Shown: piece after piece, positions 40,089 to 52,441 of the stretch | Numbering within the stretch: position 1 is the first letter of the stretch | Layout of the letters: every line of letters starts with the position of its first letter | Assembly: GCF_001194135.2 (NCBI RefSeq) | Contig: NC_068984.1 | Coordinates: 136,949,388 to 137,013,387 of the forward strand | Reading direction: 5' to 3' | DNA: 64,000 nt | Source: Octopus bimaculoides | Taxonomy: Eukaryota | Translations under genes and position numbers: made by a program | Notes under the pieces: generated by a model | What the model was told of the DNA's origin: nothing | The model's input: the letters and a program-made list of their open reading frames with translations, nothing else | Database searches by the model: none

Positions 40089-40734
40089 TACATATATATA
40101 TATATATATATATAGNNNNNNNNNNNNNNNNNNNNNNNNNNNNNNNNNNNNNNNNNNNNNNNNNNNNNNNNNNNNNNNNNNNNNNNNNNNNNNNNNNNNN
40201 NNNNNNNNNNNNNNNNNNNNNNNNNNNNNNNNNNNNNNNNNNNNNNNNNNNNNNNNNNNNNNNNNNNNNNNNNNNNNNNNNNNNNNNNNNNNNNNNNNNN
40301 NNNNNNNNNNNNNNNNNNNNNNNNNNNNNNNNNNNNNNNNNNNNNNNNNNNNNNNNNNNNNNNNNNNNNNNNNNNNNNNNNNNNNNNNNNNNNNNNNNNN
40401 NNNNNNNNNNNNNNNNNNNNNNNNNNNNNNNNNNNNNNNNNNNNNNNNNNNNNNNNNNNNNNNNNNNNNNNNNNNNNNNNNNNNNNNNNNNNNNNNNNNN
40501 NNNNNNNNNNNNNNNNNNNNNNNNNNNNNNNNNNNNNNNNNNNNNNNNNNNNNNNNNNNNNNNNNNNNNNNNNNNNNNNNNNNNNNNNNNNNNNNNNNNN
40601 NNNNNNNNNNNNNNNNNNNNNNNNNNNNNNNNNAGCAGTTTCCACAAAAAGTGTTTGCCGGGAACTGCACAAAGCCGGATTTCAAGATTTTTCAAGATAT
40701 ATATTTCAAGATATGTATGTATGTATGTATGTAT

Positions 40735-40955
40735 GTATGTGTTTGTGTGTCTGTGTTTGTCCCCCCACGATTGCTTGTCAACCGATGCTGGTGTGTTTAC
40801 ATCCCCTTAACTTAGCGGTTCGGCAAAAGAGACCAATAGAATAAGTACTAGGCTTACAAAGAATAAGTCCTGGGGTCAATTTTTTTTTCAACTAAAGGCG
40901 GTGCTCCAGCATGGCCACAGCCAAATGACTGAAACAAATAAAAGAATAAAAGAAT
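40735..40955 (+). mobile_element. SINE family A, 3' half (similar halves at about 18785-18955 -, 21240-21450 +, 46045-46265 +, 60762-60952 +)
   Basis: Family consensus 3' of the internal microsatellite. Confidence 0.8.
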
Positions 40956-40957
40956 AA

Positions 40958-41200
40958 TCCTTTTGATACCAACCTGCCTGAGACAGCCCTAAGTTATATG
41001 ATACAAACTTCCCGTTTTCAGGTAATCTAAATTAAAATCTTCCATTAAAATTTCATGCTAATTTATGTTCCAGACACCAGTTTAGTTCTGATAAAGTAAT
41101 CTTATTAATTTATCATAATTTTTAAAATTAATTGAAATATGGACAATGTCTTTCAAAAAAAATTTAGTAACTTTGTTATTTTAAGATGGCGCTTGGAATA
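40958..41200. mobile_element. Degenerate relative of the TTAA MITE (an inverted fragment lies at about 41345-41445)
   Basis: Shares the ATCCTTTTGATACCAAC start and the ATTAAAATCTTCCA internal motif with the 62.2-62.7 kb copies. Confidence 0.5.
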
Positions 41201-41757
41201 TGAATTGCTTCAAATTTTGGTACAAGACCAGCTATTCTAGGGAGAGGGCGTTGGTCAATTAGATTGATCCATTATTTGATTAGCGCTTATTTTATCAACT
41301 CTGGAAGGATGAAAGGCAAAATGGACCTTGGAATTCAAATGCTGCCAAATGAAATTTTCATGAAAGGTTTTAATTTAGATCATTTAAAAATGGGAAGTTT
41401 GTGTCACAGAACCATGGATGACACACTGGATGGGTCATACCAAGAAAAAAGCAATACAGCTTGAATTAGACTATCAGGCTAAAGAGGAGCTTCTATGCAG
41501 TTGCACAACTAGCAAGAAGTAGCAATAAAATTTTTCTTTAATCACACTTTACTGTATTAAAAGGAGGAAATATGAATAACTTGGTTCTAAATGGTGACAT
41601 AGACATGGGCATAGTTGTGTGGTAAGAAGTTTATTTCCGAACCACATGGTTCCAGGATCAGTCCCACTGCGTGGCACCTTGGGCAAGTGTCTTCTACTAT
41701 AGAATCTGGTCAACCAAAGCCTTGTGAGTGGATTTGGTAGACAGAAACTGAAAAAAA

Positions 41758-41988
41758 GGTGGCGAGCTGACAGAAACGTTAGCACGCCAAGCGAAATGCT
41801 TAGCAGTATTTTGTCTGCCATTACATTCTGAGTTCAAATGCCGCCAAGGTAGACTTTGCCTTTCATCCTTTCAGGGTCGATAAATTAAGTACCAGTTGTG
41901 CCCTGGGGTCAATGTAATCGACTAAATCCCTTTGTCTGTCCTTGCTTGTCCCCTCTATGTTTAGCCCCTTGTGGGCAATAACGAAATA
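41758..41988 (+). mobile_element. Family C copy inserted into a family A head (41606-41757) with a 15-bp target-site duplication
   Basis: AGAAACTGAAAAAAA at 41743-41757 and 41989-42003. Confidence 0.85.
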
Positions 41989-42752
41989 AGAAACTGAAAA
42001 AAACTTGTCATATGTGTATGTGTGTGTGTGGGCATGCATGTATGTTTGTGCATGCATGTATGTGTGTGCATGCGTGAGTGTGTGTGTCTGTGTGTGCACG
42101 TGAGTGCACATGTATGTGTGTCATTTTTGTTTGTGTATGTCACCACACACACTGCTTGATAACCAGAGTTGGTTTATTTACATTCTCTGTAAAAATTATC
42201 AAAAAGAAAGTCAAAGTAGAATATTATCTTATTACAGAAAGATACCCTAAAATACCAAATCACCTTTCTCTCCCTCTCTCTCTCCTTCACACACACAAAC
42301 ACTCTCTCTCTCTCTCTCTCTCTCCTCTGTTCAAACCCTCTACAAGAATTAGATCAATATATTTGTTTAGAAATGGATAAAACAGATACAACATCAACAT
42401 AATATAGCTATGAAAAATAGTTTTTTCTTTTTATTTTTTCATTTCGTCTTATTTCTCTTCTTAAATATATCACAGAGAAAATTTAGGATAATATAAATAT
42501 CACTGAACATAATGACAAAACTAAGATGGCTGACGTGCAAATAGTGGATATCAGAGTAAGCAGAAATAATGGGATTTCAACATACTAAATTGGAATTTGA
42601 GAATTAAAAAAATGCAATTTCAGGAAAACTGTAAGATAATGTCAGCATTATATATTTAGCTGTGTAACCTTGGTGTCTCATTGGCCAACAGTTTTTTTTT
42701 TTTGGGGGGGGGGGTTATCAAACAGAACATGTCGAACTGTCTCTGTGGACAA

Positions 42753-42785
<33 letters not shown>

Positions 42786-43017
42786 TTAAAACAACAGATG
42801 ATGACGATGATGATGATAATGATTAATAATAATAATAATGATAATATTTTTAAAATGTAATAAACTAATAATGACAATAATAATGAGTATTATTATTATA
42901 ATTATAATGATAATAATAATTTTATATATCTTGCCAAAAACATATCTTTATAGTTAATAAAGAATATATTTCCATTATTATTATAGCTTATTATTATTAT
43001 CATCATCATAATCATCA

Positions 43018-43079
<62 letters not shown>

Positions 43080-43588
43080 ATTATTATTATCATTATTATG
43101 AATATTAGTTCTTTACATTGAGGTTTTTGCCAAAGGCTTCATGTTTGATTAAGAAACCATTATTGTTCTTGTCAATAACATGATTATCATATTATTATTA
43201 TTGTTGTCATTATCATCATCAGCATCATAATAATAATTACAATAACAATAATAATAACAGCAACAACAATAATAATATAATCATCACTATCATTGTCCTC
43301 ATCATTATTATTATTCCTATGACTGCTGCTGCTGCTGCTGCTGCTGCTACTACGTTCTCTCACTTTTGTTGCTGTTATCAAAGATGGTATCGTGAACGTG
43401 ATCTTTATCGCTATTTAGTTAGCAGTAGAGCTTCCTTTTCCGACTGTCAGATGCCACCATCCACCAAAGGCCTAACGAAATTACGATCCACACCTTGTGT
43501 TTGACTACAGTGAAAAAAACCAGTCATGTGTCCTTGCGAATTAAATGAAGTGAGTAGAACTGTTGATGAAATTGCCTCGACGAAAATA

Positions 43589-43622
<34 letters not shown>

Positions 43623-44164
43623 AAGCAAAAAAAAAAAACTATCCGCAAAATGTGAAAAGACAAAAAAAAAGTAACAAAAATAAAAACACAGAGTGTGAAT
43701 AAAAATACATCAAACATTCGGTTGTACATGCAAACGCCAGCAACTCAATAACAAGCATTAATTTAAGTCTCCTGGTCTCTATGTTAATTAATTAGTCAAC
43801 AACTGATGAGAGCTAAATATACAAGCATGATGTCAACATGGCCTAGTTAATGGCTGATTAAACCAACTTCCTCCAGATCTATACAAAAATAAATTTTTTT
43901 TAAATTTTGCATGTTTCCGAGAGTTTTTGAGAGGATGTTATCCTCTTTAAAGCTGTTGTAACAAACTAAAGTGGAATAATGAACAAATGAACAAATTCTA
44001 TCCAGCAACACTTCTCACCCCCACCACACACACACACGCACACGCACACACACACGCACACACAGCTCAAATAAACCTCCACCGCTAAAATTAAGCAATT
44101 TACTTTATCTTGATGAATGTATTAACCAAATAACCTTGGTTAATGCTTCCCCTCCTAGCTGAAG

Positions 44165-44700
44165 GGGCTTTTGTCTTGCAAGTGACTTGGTGACCCTGTT
44201 GGTGCTGGTGCCACATAAAAATCACTTGTGCCGGTGCCATAAAAAAAACACCCACACCAGTGTCACATAAAGGGCACTTATACTGGTGCCACATAAGCAG
44301 CAGCCTTGCCAGTCCACATAAAAGGCACATGTGCCAGTGCCACGAAGAAACCATCCACTCCAGTAGTGTGTACAAAGCACACACGCTGGTGCCACATTTA
44401 AAGCATTCAAGCTTGTGTCACATAAAAAGCACCCATGCCAGTGTCACGTCCGTAGCCCCTGCACTGATGCCACATAGAATGCACTTGTGTTGGTATCATG
44501 TAAAAAGGACCCAGTACACTCAGTAAAGTGGTTGGCATTAGGAAGGGCATCCGGCAGTAGAAACCATGCCAGAACAGACAACTGGAATCTGGTGCAGCTC
44601 TCCAACTCACCAGACAATTGTTAAACCATCCGACCCATGCCAGCATGGAAAATGAAAGATAAATGATGATGATGGTGGTGGTGGTGGTGGTGGTGATAAT
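44165..44700 (+). mobile_element. Family B element with about 12 diverged 26-bp head units
   Basis: GCTGGTGCCACATAAAAAGCACCCAT-like units at 44200-44515, then the family B body. Confidence 0.75.
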
Positions 44701-45768
44701 GATGATGGCCGCAGTCAAATGACTGAAACAAGTAAAAGAGTAAAGAGTATTAAATGATGATGATGTCGATGATGATGATGATGATGTAAACATACAAAGC
44801 TTGAGAGTCCAACATGAGATTCAACAACCGAGATGAAGCTGAACAATGGTTTCAGTCATTCCTCATAGAAAGCTCAAGCAAGACGCATTACTACCGCTAT
44901 GCTCTTCATCTCAGTCAGCATAGATCTAAGTCGGTGCCATTATGGTTCCTTAATTGAGAGAGAGGATACTTACAAAAGAAAAGAAATAAAATTTAAAAAA
45001 CCTCTGGCTATTTAGAATAATTGATTACAAGCTAATTATGGTGCTGTCCTCTATGTGACCACATGACTTGCAGGAAATATCAGAGAAATCTATTGAAATT
45101 TCACATTACGATGTTACAATCAAGAAGAATACACCGGAGAATTCAGACCTAGATACACTACGTCTGAATGGTCACAATTAGATTGTCTTTGATCGCTGAT
45201 TTGATCAGAGATCAGGAGCTGAACAACAACAATTAAATAACATCGTCAAATATGTATGTATATTAAACATCTTTGACCTCCAATACAAAGTGGAAGTGAC
45301 TTTTATAAATATAACATCATTTTATATGAGTGACTACTAAGATTAATTAAACTGAGTTAATTACCATTTTATAGAGTATTTTTATAAACATAAAACAGCA
45401 TTCCTTACAATTTCCATAGACATTCATTTACACATTTAATGCAAATAACACTTTGTGCTAACGAGGGAGCCTATGTACACTTAGATTAATTAAACTGACT
45501 TAATTAACATTTTAGAGTGTATTTTATAAACATAAAATACAATGTTGTTAAATATGTATTTTTTCTTTTTGTATTTTTTTTTTACTTGTTTCAGTCATTA
45601 GACTGTAGCCATGCTGGGGCAACACCTCGCAGAATTTTTAGTAGAATGAATCAACCCCAGCAATTTTTTTTAAGGCTTGGTAATTATTCTATCAATCAAT
45701 TTTTAATAACATTGCTCCAGTGTATAATAATGCTCTAAAAGATAGTGGATTTAGAAAAAAGAGCATTT

Positions 45769-45853
45769 TTTGATTGCCTTGATAACTGACAAGATGCCAG
45801 AGCAGTTTTCCACCCCGACATCCGAAACTCGGAGTCTTATTATGGCAACCAAA
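45769..45853 (+). ncRNA. Type I hammerhead ribozyme-like motif, probably a degenerate Penelope/retrozyme-type copy
   Basis: 17-bp stem I (45769-45785/45837-45853), core CTGACAA (consensus CTGANGA), stem II GATGCC/GACATC, GAAA, palindromic stem III ACTC-G-GAGT and a GTC cleavage triplet, all in the correct order. Confidence 0.65.
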
Positions 45854-45953
45854 TAATTGTCACATATTATATTTACAGATAAATTTCTCTATTTACATAA
45901 TATCGAGGTCTCTTTCATTCTTTTGTTGTCTTACCATTACTATTAATATATAA

Positions 45954-46039
<86 letters not shown>

Positions 46040-46882
46040 GTATGTACGTATTTGTTATTTGTGTCTGTGTTTGTCCCCACCACCATCGCTTGATAACCAA
46101 TGTTGGTGTGTTTATGTCCCTATAACTTAGCAGTTTGGCAAAAAGAGACAGATAGAATAAGTACTAGGCTTACAAAGAATAAATCCTGAGGTCGATTTGT
46201 TCGACTGAAGGCAATGCTCCAGCATGACCACAGTCAAAGGACTAAAACAAGTAAAAGAATAAAAGAATACATCTAAAATAAAATATTTTCAGAAGCCCTT
46301 AAAATACTTTTGTGGATCCTAAATTTACTATTTTGTTACATGGACCCCAAAAATATTTCATGGACCCTCAGGGGCCGTATTTGGAGCCTGGCTAAGAACC
46401 ACCGATTTGGACCATCAACACTTTAGTGTTTCTGCATACCACTACACATTATGCGACAATATCAGTAGCAACAGAATCTTTATTCTCTGAAATAGAAAGA
46501 TTATTAAAACAGGAGACAGGTCTATGAATAAAACATGATCCTTGAATATGTGGTTAAAATAAACATTAAAAAATTTTAAAAAACAGAAGAAAATATCTAA
46601 GAAGTATCCCATTAAACTGCTCAAAGACCTGCACGATAGTTTAATTAACTTAATTGGGGAAGGTTAGTATAGAAGTGGAAAGAAGTTAAATGAAGATTGA
46701 ACCAAGACACTGTTACACATTTAGCATTTGAACCGAACTTCTTAGAGGAAGATTTCTCTAATGAAGATTCATCAACTCAACATTCCTGCCATTTTATATC
46801 TTAATTCACAAATAATTTGAATTATGGGAAAAGAACATGAACCCTCATGAGAAAATAAATGAAGAGACCTGCAAAGGGTTAA

Positions 46883-47760
46883 AGCTAACAAACAGCAACA
46901 ACCCCATCCAAGAGTATTAGATTCTTCTGGGAAGGTGTCTTGGCTCCTAAGACAAAAGCAACAGGTGGGGACCTGCTTTCCACGTTGCATCCAGCTTCAG
47001 ATTGAAATATGTAAGTGGACCCAAAGGGGGACACACATTTTCCCAGAGAGAGTAATGGCAATATTACTCTCTTTTACTCTTTTACTCTTTTACTTGTTTC
47101 AGTCATTTGACTGCGGCCATGCTGGGGCACCGCCTTTAGTCGAGCAACTCGACCCTAGGACTTATTCTTTGTAAGCCTAGTACTTATTCTATCGGTCTCT
47201 TTTTGCCGAACCGCCAAGCTATGGGGACGCAAACACACCAGCATCGGTCGTCAAGCGAAGCTGGAGGGACAAACACAGACACACAAACATATACATATAT
47301 ATATATATACATATATACGACGGGCTTCTTTCAGTTTCCGTCTACCAAATCCACTCACAAGGCTTTGGTCGGCCCGAGGCTATAGTAGAAGACACTTGCC
47401 CAAGGTGCCACGCAGTGGGACTGAACCCAGAACCATGTGGTTGGTAAGCAAGCTACTTACCACACAGCCACTCCTATATATTCTTTCTAATCAAGAGTGC
47501 AATGCCCTAGGTAGACAGATATGATATTTCTCACCAGCTGAAGGAAACCGAATATCAGGACATGGTCAACAAGGCCCTTGTCAAGGGATGGCACTGTGGC
47601 CTTATTCCTTATTTAAGTTGATTGCATTGGGCTTTTCAGCTAGACTGCTGCATTATTTCTTGCAGAAGATTGGCCTGGAACCCAAACAACTGAATAAAGC
47701 CACCAAGGAGACAGACATGGCAGCCAAAATCCAGTTCGAGGCTGTTGTTGTTGTTGTTGA
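46883..47760 (+). mobile_element. Decayed restriction-like-endonuclease (RLE) non-LTR retrotransposon 3' fragment, HERO-like, split by a SINE
   Basis: Frameshifted translation ASD*NM*VDPKG..FPERVMAI // FLIKSAMP*VDRYDISHQLKETEYQDMVNKALVKGWHCGLIP..VDCIG.FSARLLHYFLQKIGL. It resembles the RLE C-terminal consensus (W.L.VDL...FP...LRPD...ELTVPWE...K..KY..L...GW...P.EVG.RG). Confidence 0.7.
47067..47477 (-). mobile_element. SINE family A, full length and low divergence, inserted in the HERO-like remnant
   Basis: Intact CpG-rich consensus with an (ACTCTTTT)n tail. Confidence 0.9.
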
Positions 47761-49192
47761 GACAGCAGGGAGAAACCTTCTGCAGACAAAAGACTATTTC
47801 AGTCCTCATGACCCAACTCTGGCAAAGTATAGAGGTTACAGGGTGTAATGCTTGTGATAACCTCCTGAAGATATGGAAAGATGTCTGACACTGTGATGGA
47901 TTCAGAAGAGCTTGCAACATCTCTGAGTAGCTCCTGCAGGTTCCATATGAGGCAGAGTATTTCGCCAGTGGTTTTGTAGTAAAAACACAAGGGTGCCAAA
48001 TCCAGATTTATTACAGCAGTTATAATTGTAGTTGCTGAGACAGTACATAGAGCAGGGACAAGCCTAGAAAGGCTTTGGATGAGAATGATTACACCAGACT
48101 TAATAGGGGTGGAAGGATGGGTGAAGTGAGTCAATGGCATATCAAGCCAGCATTGGAGGGATTAATAATTTGTACCCTATCAACAGGGACAGTTATGGAT
48201 ATGACAAGCCATTTACTGTCATCAAGTGAATCCACTTAAAACCCAATAGATACCAGATCATCGTCATCATCATCATCACTTAACATCCATTTTCCATGCC
48301 GGCATGGGTTGGATGGCTTGGCAAGAGCTGACAAGCCAGAGGGCTGCATCAGGCTTCAGTCATCTACTTTGATATGGTTTGTATGGTCGGATGCCCTTCC
48401 TAACACCAACCATTTTATCCCACTGGATGCTTCTTACTTGGTGCCAGCAGAGGTGTTTTTATATGGCACCAGCACCAGTGGTATAACTCACCACTGTATA
48501 CTAGAGAAGCCTTATTAGTTCATAGTCAAGCATGTAGGACTAAGATTAATTCTTCTCTTTGCCCAATATATATATCCTTCTGATTTAGGAAAAGATCAGA
48601 ATTTCTAACAGGAAATAGCATAAACTTGAAGATAGTGGAACGAGTCCAATAGAGAATGTGTTTTAGTAGAGATTTGATTAAACCATGCTATCATAGAACT
48701 ACAGATATTGGTGAGGGTGACAATGATGACTAATTACAATGATAGGATAGTGGTGGTGGTAGTGGTGGTGGTAGTTGCGTAGGTGACAGAGATGGGAAAG
48801 ATGATGGTGATCATGAATGTGGTGGTAGTAGTGATTAAAGTGATGATGATGATGGTGGTGGTGGTGGTGGTGGTGATAGTAGCGGTGGTAGCAGTGGTGG
48901 TGGCGGCATTGGTGCTGACTATAAAATTCAATTTAGAAGGAAAGTGACATTGCTAGGATTTCTGTGAAGTATCACATTAAAAGTTGAACACAAGCCAAAT
49001 ACATTGAGTAAAGTACAGAAAGTTTGTGTGCATTTAAGTGTGTATGTAAATGTGTACGCAGGTGTACACATGCGTTATGCATGCACACGCAGTGTGTGGT
49101 GTGCATATATGTTAATTGAAATCTATAAATTTATTACAAGTATCCCATTCATGCTTGCTTGGAACACTTGATAGTAAAATAGTATGTGTGTG

Positions 49193-49275
<83 letters not shown>

Positions 49276-49523
49276 GCATATTCATACATACATATATATA
49301 CATACATACATAGACATACATACATAGACATACATACACACATATATAGATGTATGCTTACACATGAATACATGCATCTTTACATACATATCTAATTATA
49401 CAAATATGCCTGCAAACATATTTGCATATCTCTGTAACACATACATGCGTGTGTATGTCTTTGTATGTATGCATACTTATCTGCACACACACTCACACAC
49501 ACACAGAGCCTACCTAAAACACA

Positions 49524-49555
<32 letters not shown>

Positions 49556-50071
49556 TTGCACCTACCTAAGACCAAAAAACACTAATGTAACCCTTCCCTT
49601 CTTCATAGACAATCTAAATACCTACACTGTAAATATCTATAGTGCTGAGAAACAGCTGGTTTTTAATAACGTTTTCAGCTGATATAGGAATGGAAATTGG
49701 CCAAAAGACATGTTCATAATTGATGAAAAGCTGCTTCTCAAACCAAAACCATCCACACTAACAGACTTTCTCTCTATTTCTCAGGCTCCATGTAATAAGC
49801 GCTACAAATACCTATTGACAAAAATATACATTATACAGGAGCAGTGGCCAAAGACTATATTCCATTAAATTTTAAAACTGAGACAATCTGGACTTTTATT
49901 TCTCTGCAATCGTTTATAATACTAGAATTAGTATTAACTCTTGAGATTCTTGTACAACTAGTAAATTTTTTCCCGATAGCAATAAAAGAAGTTACGGAGA
50001 TGTACTTGCATAGCAAGTGACCTGATCTGAGATTGTGTGCTGGAACGAAAGCAATTGCAGCGTGGAAGGTG

Positions 50072-50209
50072 TTTATAAGCCATTTAAGAAACACACAAAA
50101 ACCGTTAGATTCACTTCAACATTTAAACTTAAATGTTGAAGTGACAAATTAAATTTATATGTTGAAGTGAATCTAACGGTTTTTGTGTGTTTCTTAAATG
50201 GCTTATAAA
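50072..50209. repeat. Perfect 51-bp inverted repeat with a 36-bp spacer
   Basis: 50072-50122 is the exact reverse complement of 50159-50209. Confidence 0.95.
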
Positions 50210-50224
50210 TAAAATAAGTCCAAA

Positions 50225-50700
50225 CTTAATATTGGTTTCAAGTTTTGGCAGGATTACATCAACCCAGTGTATGACTGGTACTTCAATTTTGAAAGGATGA
50301 AAAGCAAAGTCGACCTCAGAGGAATTTGAACTCAGAAATAAACATTTCAAATTTCAGCACAAGGCCTGCAATTTCAGCAGAAGGGACCAAGTCGATTACA
50401 TCAATCTCTGTGTTCAACTGGTGTTTATTTTATCAACTTTAAAAGGATGGATGGCTAAGTCAACCTTGCTGAATTTGAACTCAGAACATATATGTTTCAA
50501 ATTTTGGCACAAGACCAGTAATTTGGGGGAAGCGATTACATCAACCCATTGTTCAATTGGTACTTATTTTATCAACCCCAAAAGAATGAAAAGCAAAATG
50601 ACCTCTGGTGAAATTTGAACCCAGAACATAATAACAGACAAAATACTGCTAAGCATTTTTTTCCCAAGTGGTAACAGTTCTGCCAGCTCGCCACTTTGAG
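50225..50700 (-). mobile_element. Cluster of 3-4 degenerate family C cores (singles at about 9855-10028 -, 51035-51232 -, 61395-61590 +)
   Basis: Repeated GGATGAAAAGCAAAGTCGACCTC..GAATTTGAACTCAGAA blocks. Confidence 0.65.
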
Positions 50701-51617
50701 CCCAAAACTAAATATCAACAGAAAGCGTCCGGAACCATATTCACAAAGAAGCTTAAACTCAGTCCAGACAACAAGCTAGTGTTGTGTGTCATCTTTCAGG
50801 TAGAACTGGTTAAAAAAAAAAGCAGTAGCAAAATAAATATATCAACCTAAAGATAAAGATAAAAACATCATCTTACAAGATGGGGATGAATTCCTCTAGT
50901 GTTCCATTCCAGAAGATGCTCCAAGCAACCTCAAAACTGTTAAGCAGATCAGACCCCAAGAATAGAAGCAATCTGCATATCAACATAATGAATGCATGGG
51001 TAGGTTTAAAGAAAATTTAATGATAATAATGGTTTCAAATTTTGGCACAGACCAAGAATTTCGGAGGAAGGGTATAAGCCAATTACATCAACCCCAGTAT
51101 TAAACTGATATTTATTTTATCAATCCCCAAAATGATGAAAGGCAAAGTCAACCTCAGCAGCATTTGAACTCAGAACGTAAAGATGGATGAAATATCTCAA
51201 AGCATTAATGATTCTGCCAGTTCGCTGCCTTAAATTTGATGTTTATAATGACATGGAGATCTTTTCTGGATTAATGACTGCTGCATCACTTGTCTTTTGA
51301 AGATTATGCTTTTGCTCGCCAAGAAACATCAAAGTCCTTACACTCCTAAGAGGTAATTGAAAAGTTTGACTTTGCTGTACATTTGAGGTAAGTAAACATC
51401 ACATGACCAGCAGCTGCCGAAAGAAACGCCATTAGGGATTGCTTTGATATGTGGCATAATGTTGTTGTTAAAGCAATGTGAAGAGTCATTCATAGAAAGG
51501 AGGAGTACCTTGGGATCTAAAAGAGTATTACTAATATTGAATATAATTCCATATTTCAACATATTCTTGGGACATTCTTGGTCAACCATCGGACAAATAC
51601 AAACATAATACATTTAA

Positions 51618-51926
51618 CATGAGTGGTATCAAATTGTTCCCAGACTAGTTCTGTAGCATGCCAACAGATGGTAGCACATGGTTGTATGCACATTGAGAGC
51701 TAGGAGTGACCTTCATGAGGCAGTGTGTCAAGTGACATCACAGTGTTTGCTTCGCAAGTTGTGAAATTTGTGTTTTTTGTGATCACGTGTCTGCAGTAGT
51801 CTGTGATTTTGTCATGGACAGGAACAAAGAGCCAACATGAAATTTTACGTTAAACTTCAGAAGTCTGCTACAGAGACATTGAGCATGCTTCGGCAAGCTT
51901 ACGCTGATGAGGCAATGGGTCATACG
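51618..51926 (+). mobile_element. Mariner (Tc1/mariner) 5' fragment: left end plus transposase N-terminus
   Basis: EQRANMKFYVKLQKSATETLSMLRQAYADEAM matches the mariner N-terminal helix-turn-helix region. A TIR-like GAGTGGTATCAAATTGTTCCCAGACT lies about 200 bp upstream. Confidence 0.8.
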
Positions 51927-52217
51927 ATGAGGCTGGGTCGAGTTTATTGCTATAAACCGAACTCAATTGTCAGGATCAATTTCCAATGGAATCCCACAAG
52001 ACAAAAGAAGACGTGGCCGACCAAAGGAAACGTGGCGGGGAACAATAACTAAAGATCTTAAAAACAGAGGGTTAACAATGGAACAAGCTGTTAAGGACGC
52101 TTTTAGTGTTAGAAGGTGGAATGATCTTGCTGTCACCTCAAGTGCCACAAGGCACAATGAGAACCGAAGGAATGAATGAATGAATGAATGAATGAATGAA
52201 TGAATGAATGAATGAAT
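51927..52217 (+). mobile_element. 5'-truncated RTE-clade LINE 3' end with (GAAT)n tail
   Basis: QWNP..KRRRGRPKETWRGTITKDLKNRGLTMEQA..RRWNDL.....ATRHNE is the typical RTE ORF C-terminus, directly followed by a tandem GAAT tail. Confidence 0.85.
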
Positions 52218-52404
52218 TATATTTTTATAACTCAATCTTATTAGGAACTGTATTTAAAAAAATTGTTAAAATATTTTGTACATTGTAGAAATATAACCAA
52301 TTTAATGCAGATAAATTTTAACAACGAAAATCTTATGTGAACTCCCAAGGGTGATTTGGACCCCAATAGAGTTTTAAAAATGACTGAGCAAATTATCAAC
52401 TTAC

Positions 52405-52441
52405 CTCATAATGCAACATGAAGTTCTTATCTTTAATATCG
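52405..52441 (-). CDS. PNPT1: PNPase internal exon (37 nt, phase 2 to 0): DIKDKNFMLHYE
   Basis: Pyrimidine-rich acceptor ttttctctcattacAG, donor GTAAGT. Encodes the conserved KDKNFMLHYE motif. Confidence 0.95.

Noticed and set aside
42526-42555. ATG...|GTAAGC (MADVQIVDIR) as the first exon of a nested plus-strand gene
   Set aside because: No downstream exons or homology were found; such a signal is expected by chance in 64 kb.
44803-44950. Short frame MRFNNRDEAEQWFQSF... reminiscent of MULE/FAR1 N-termini
   Set aside because: Too short and too weak to support without a profile search.
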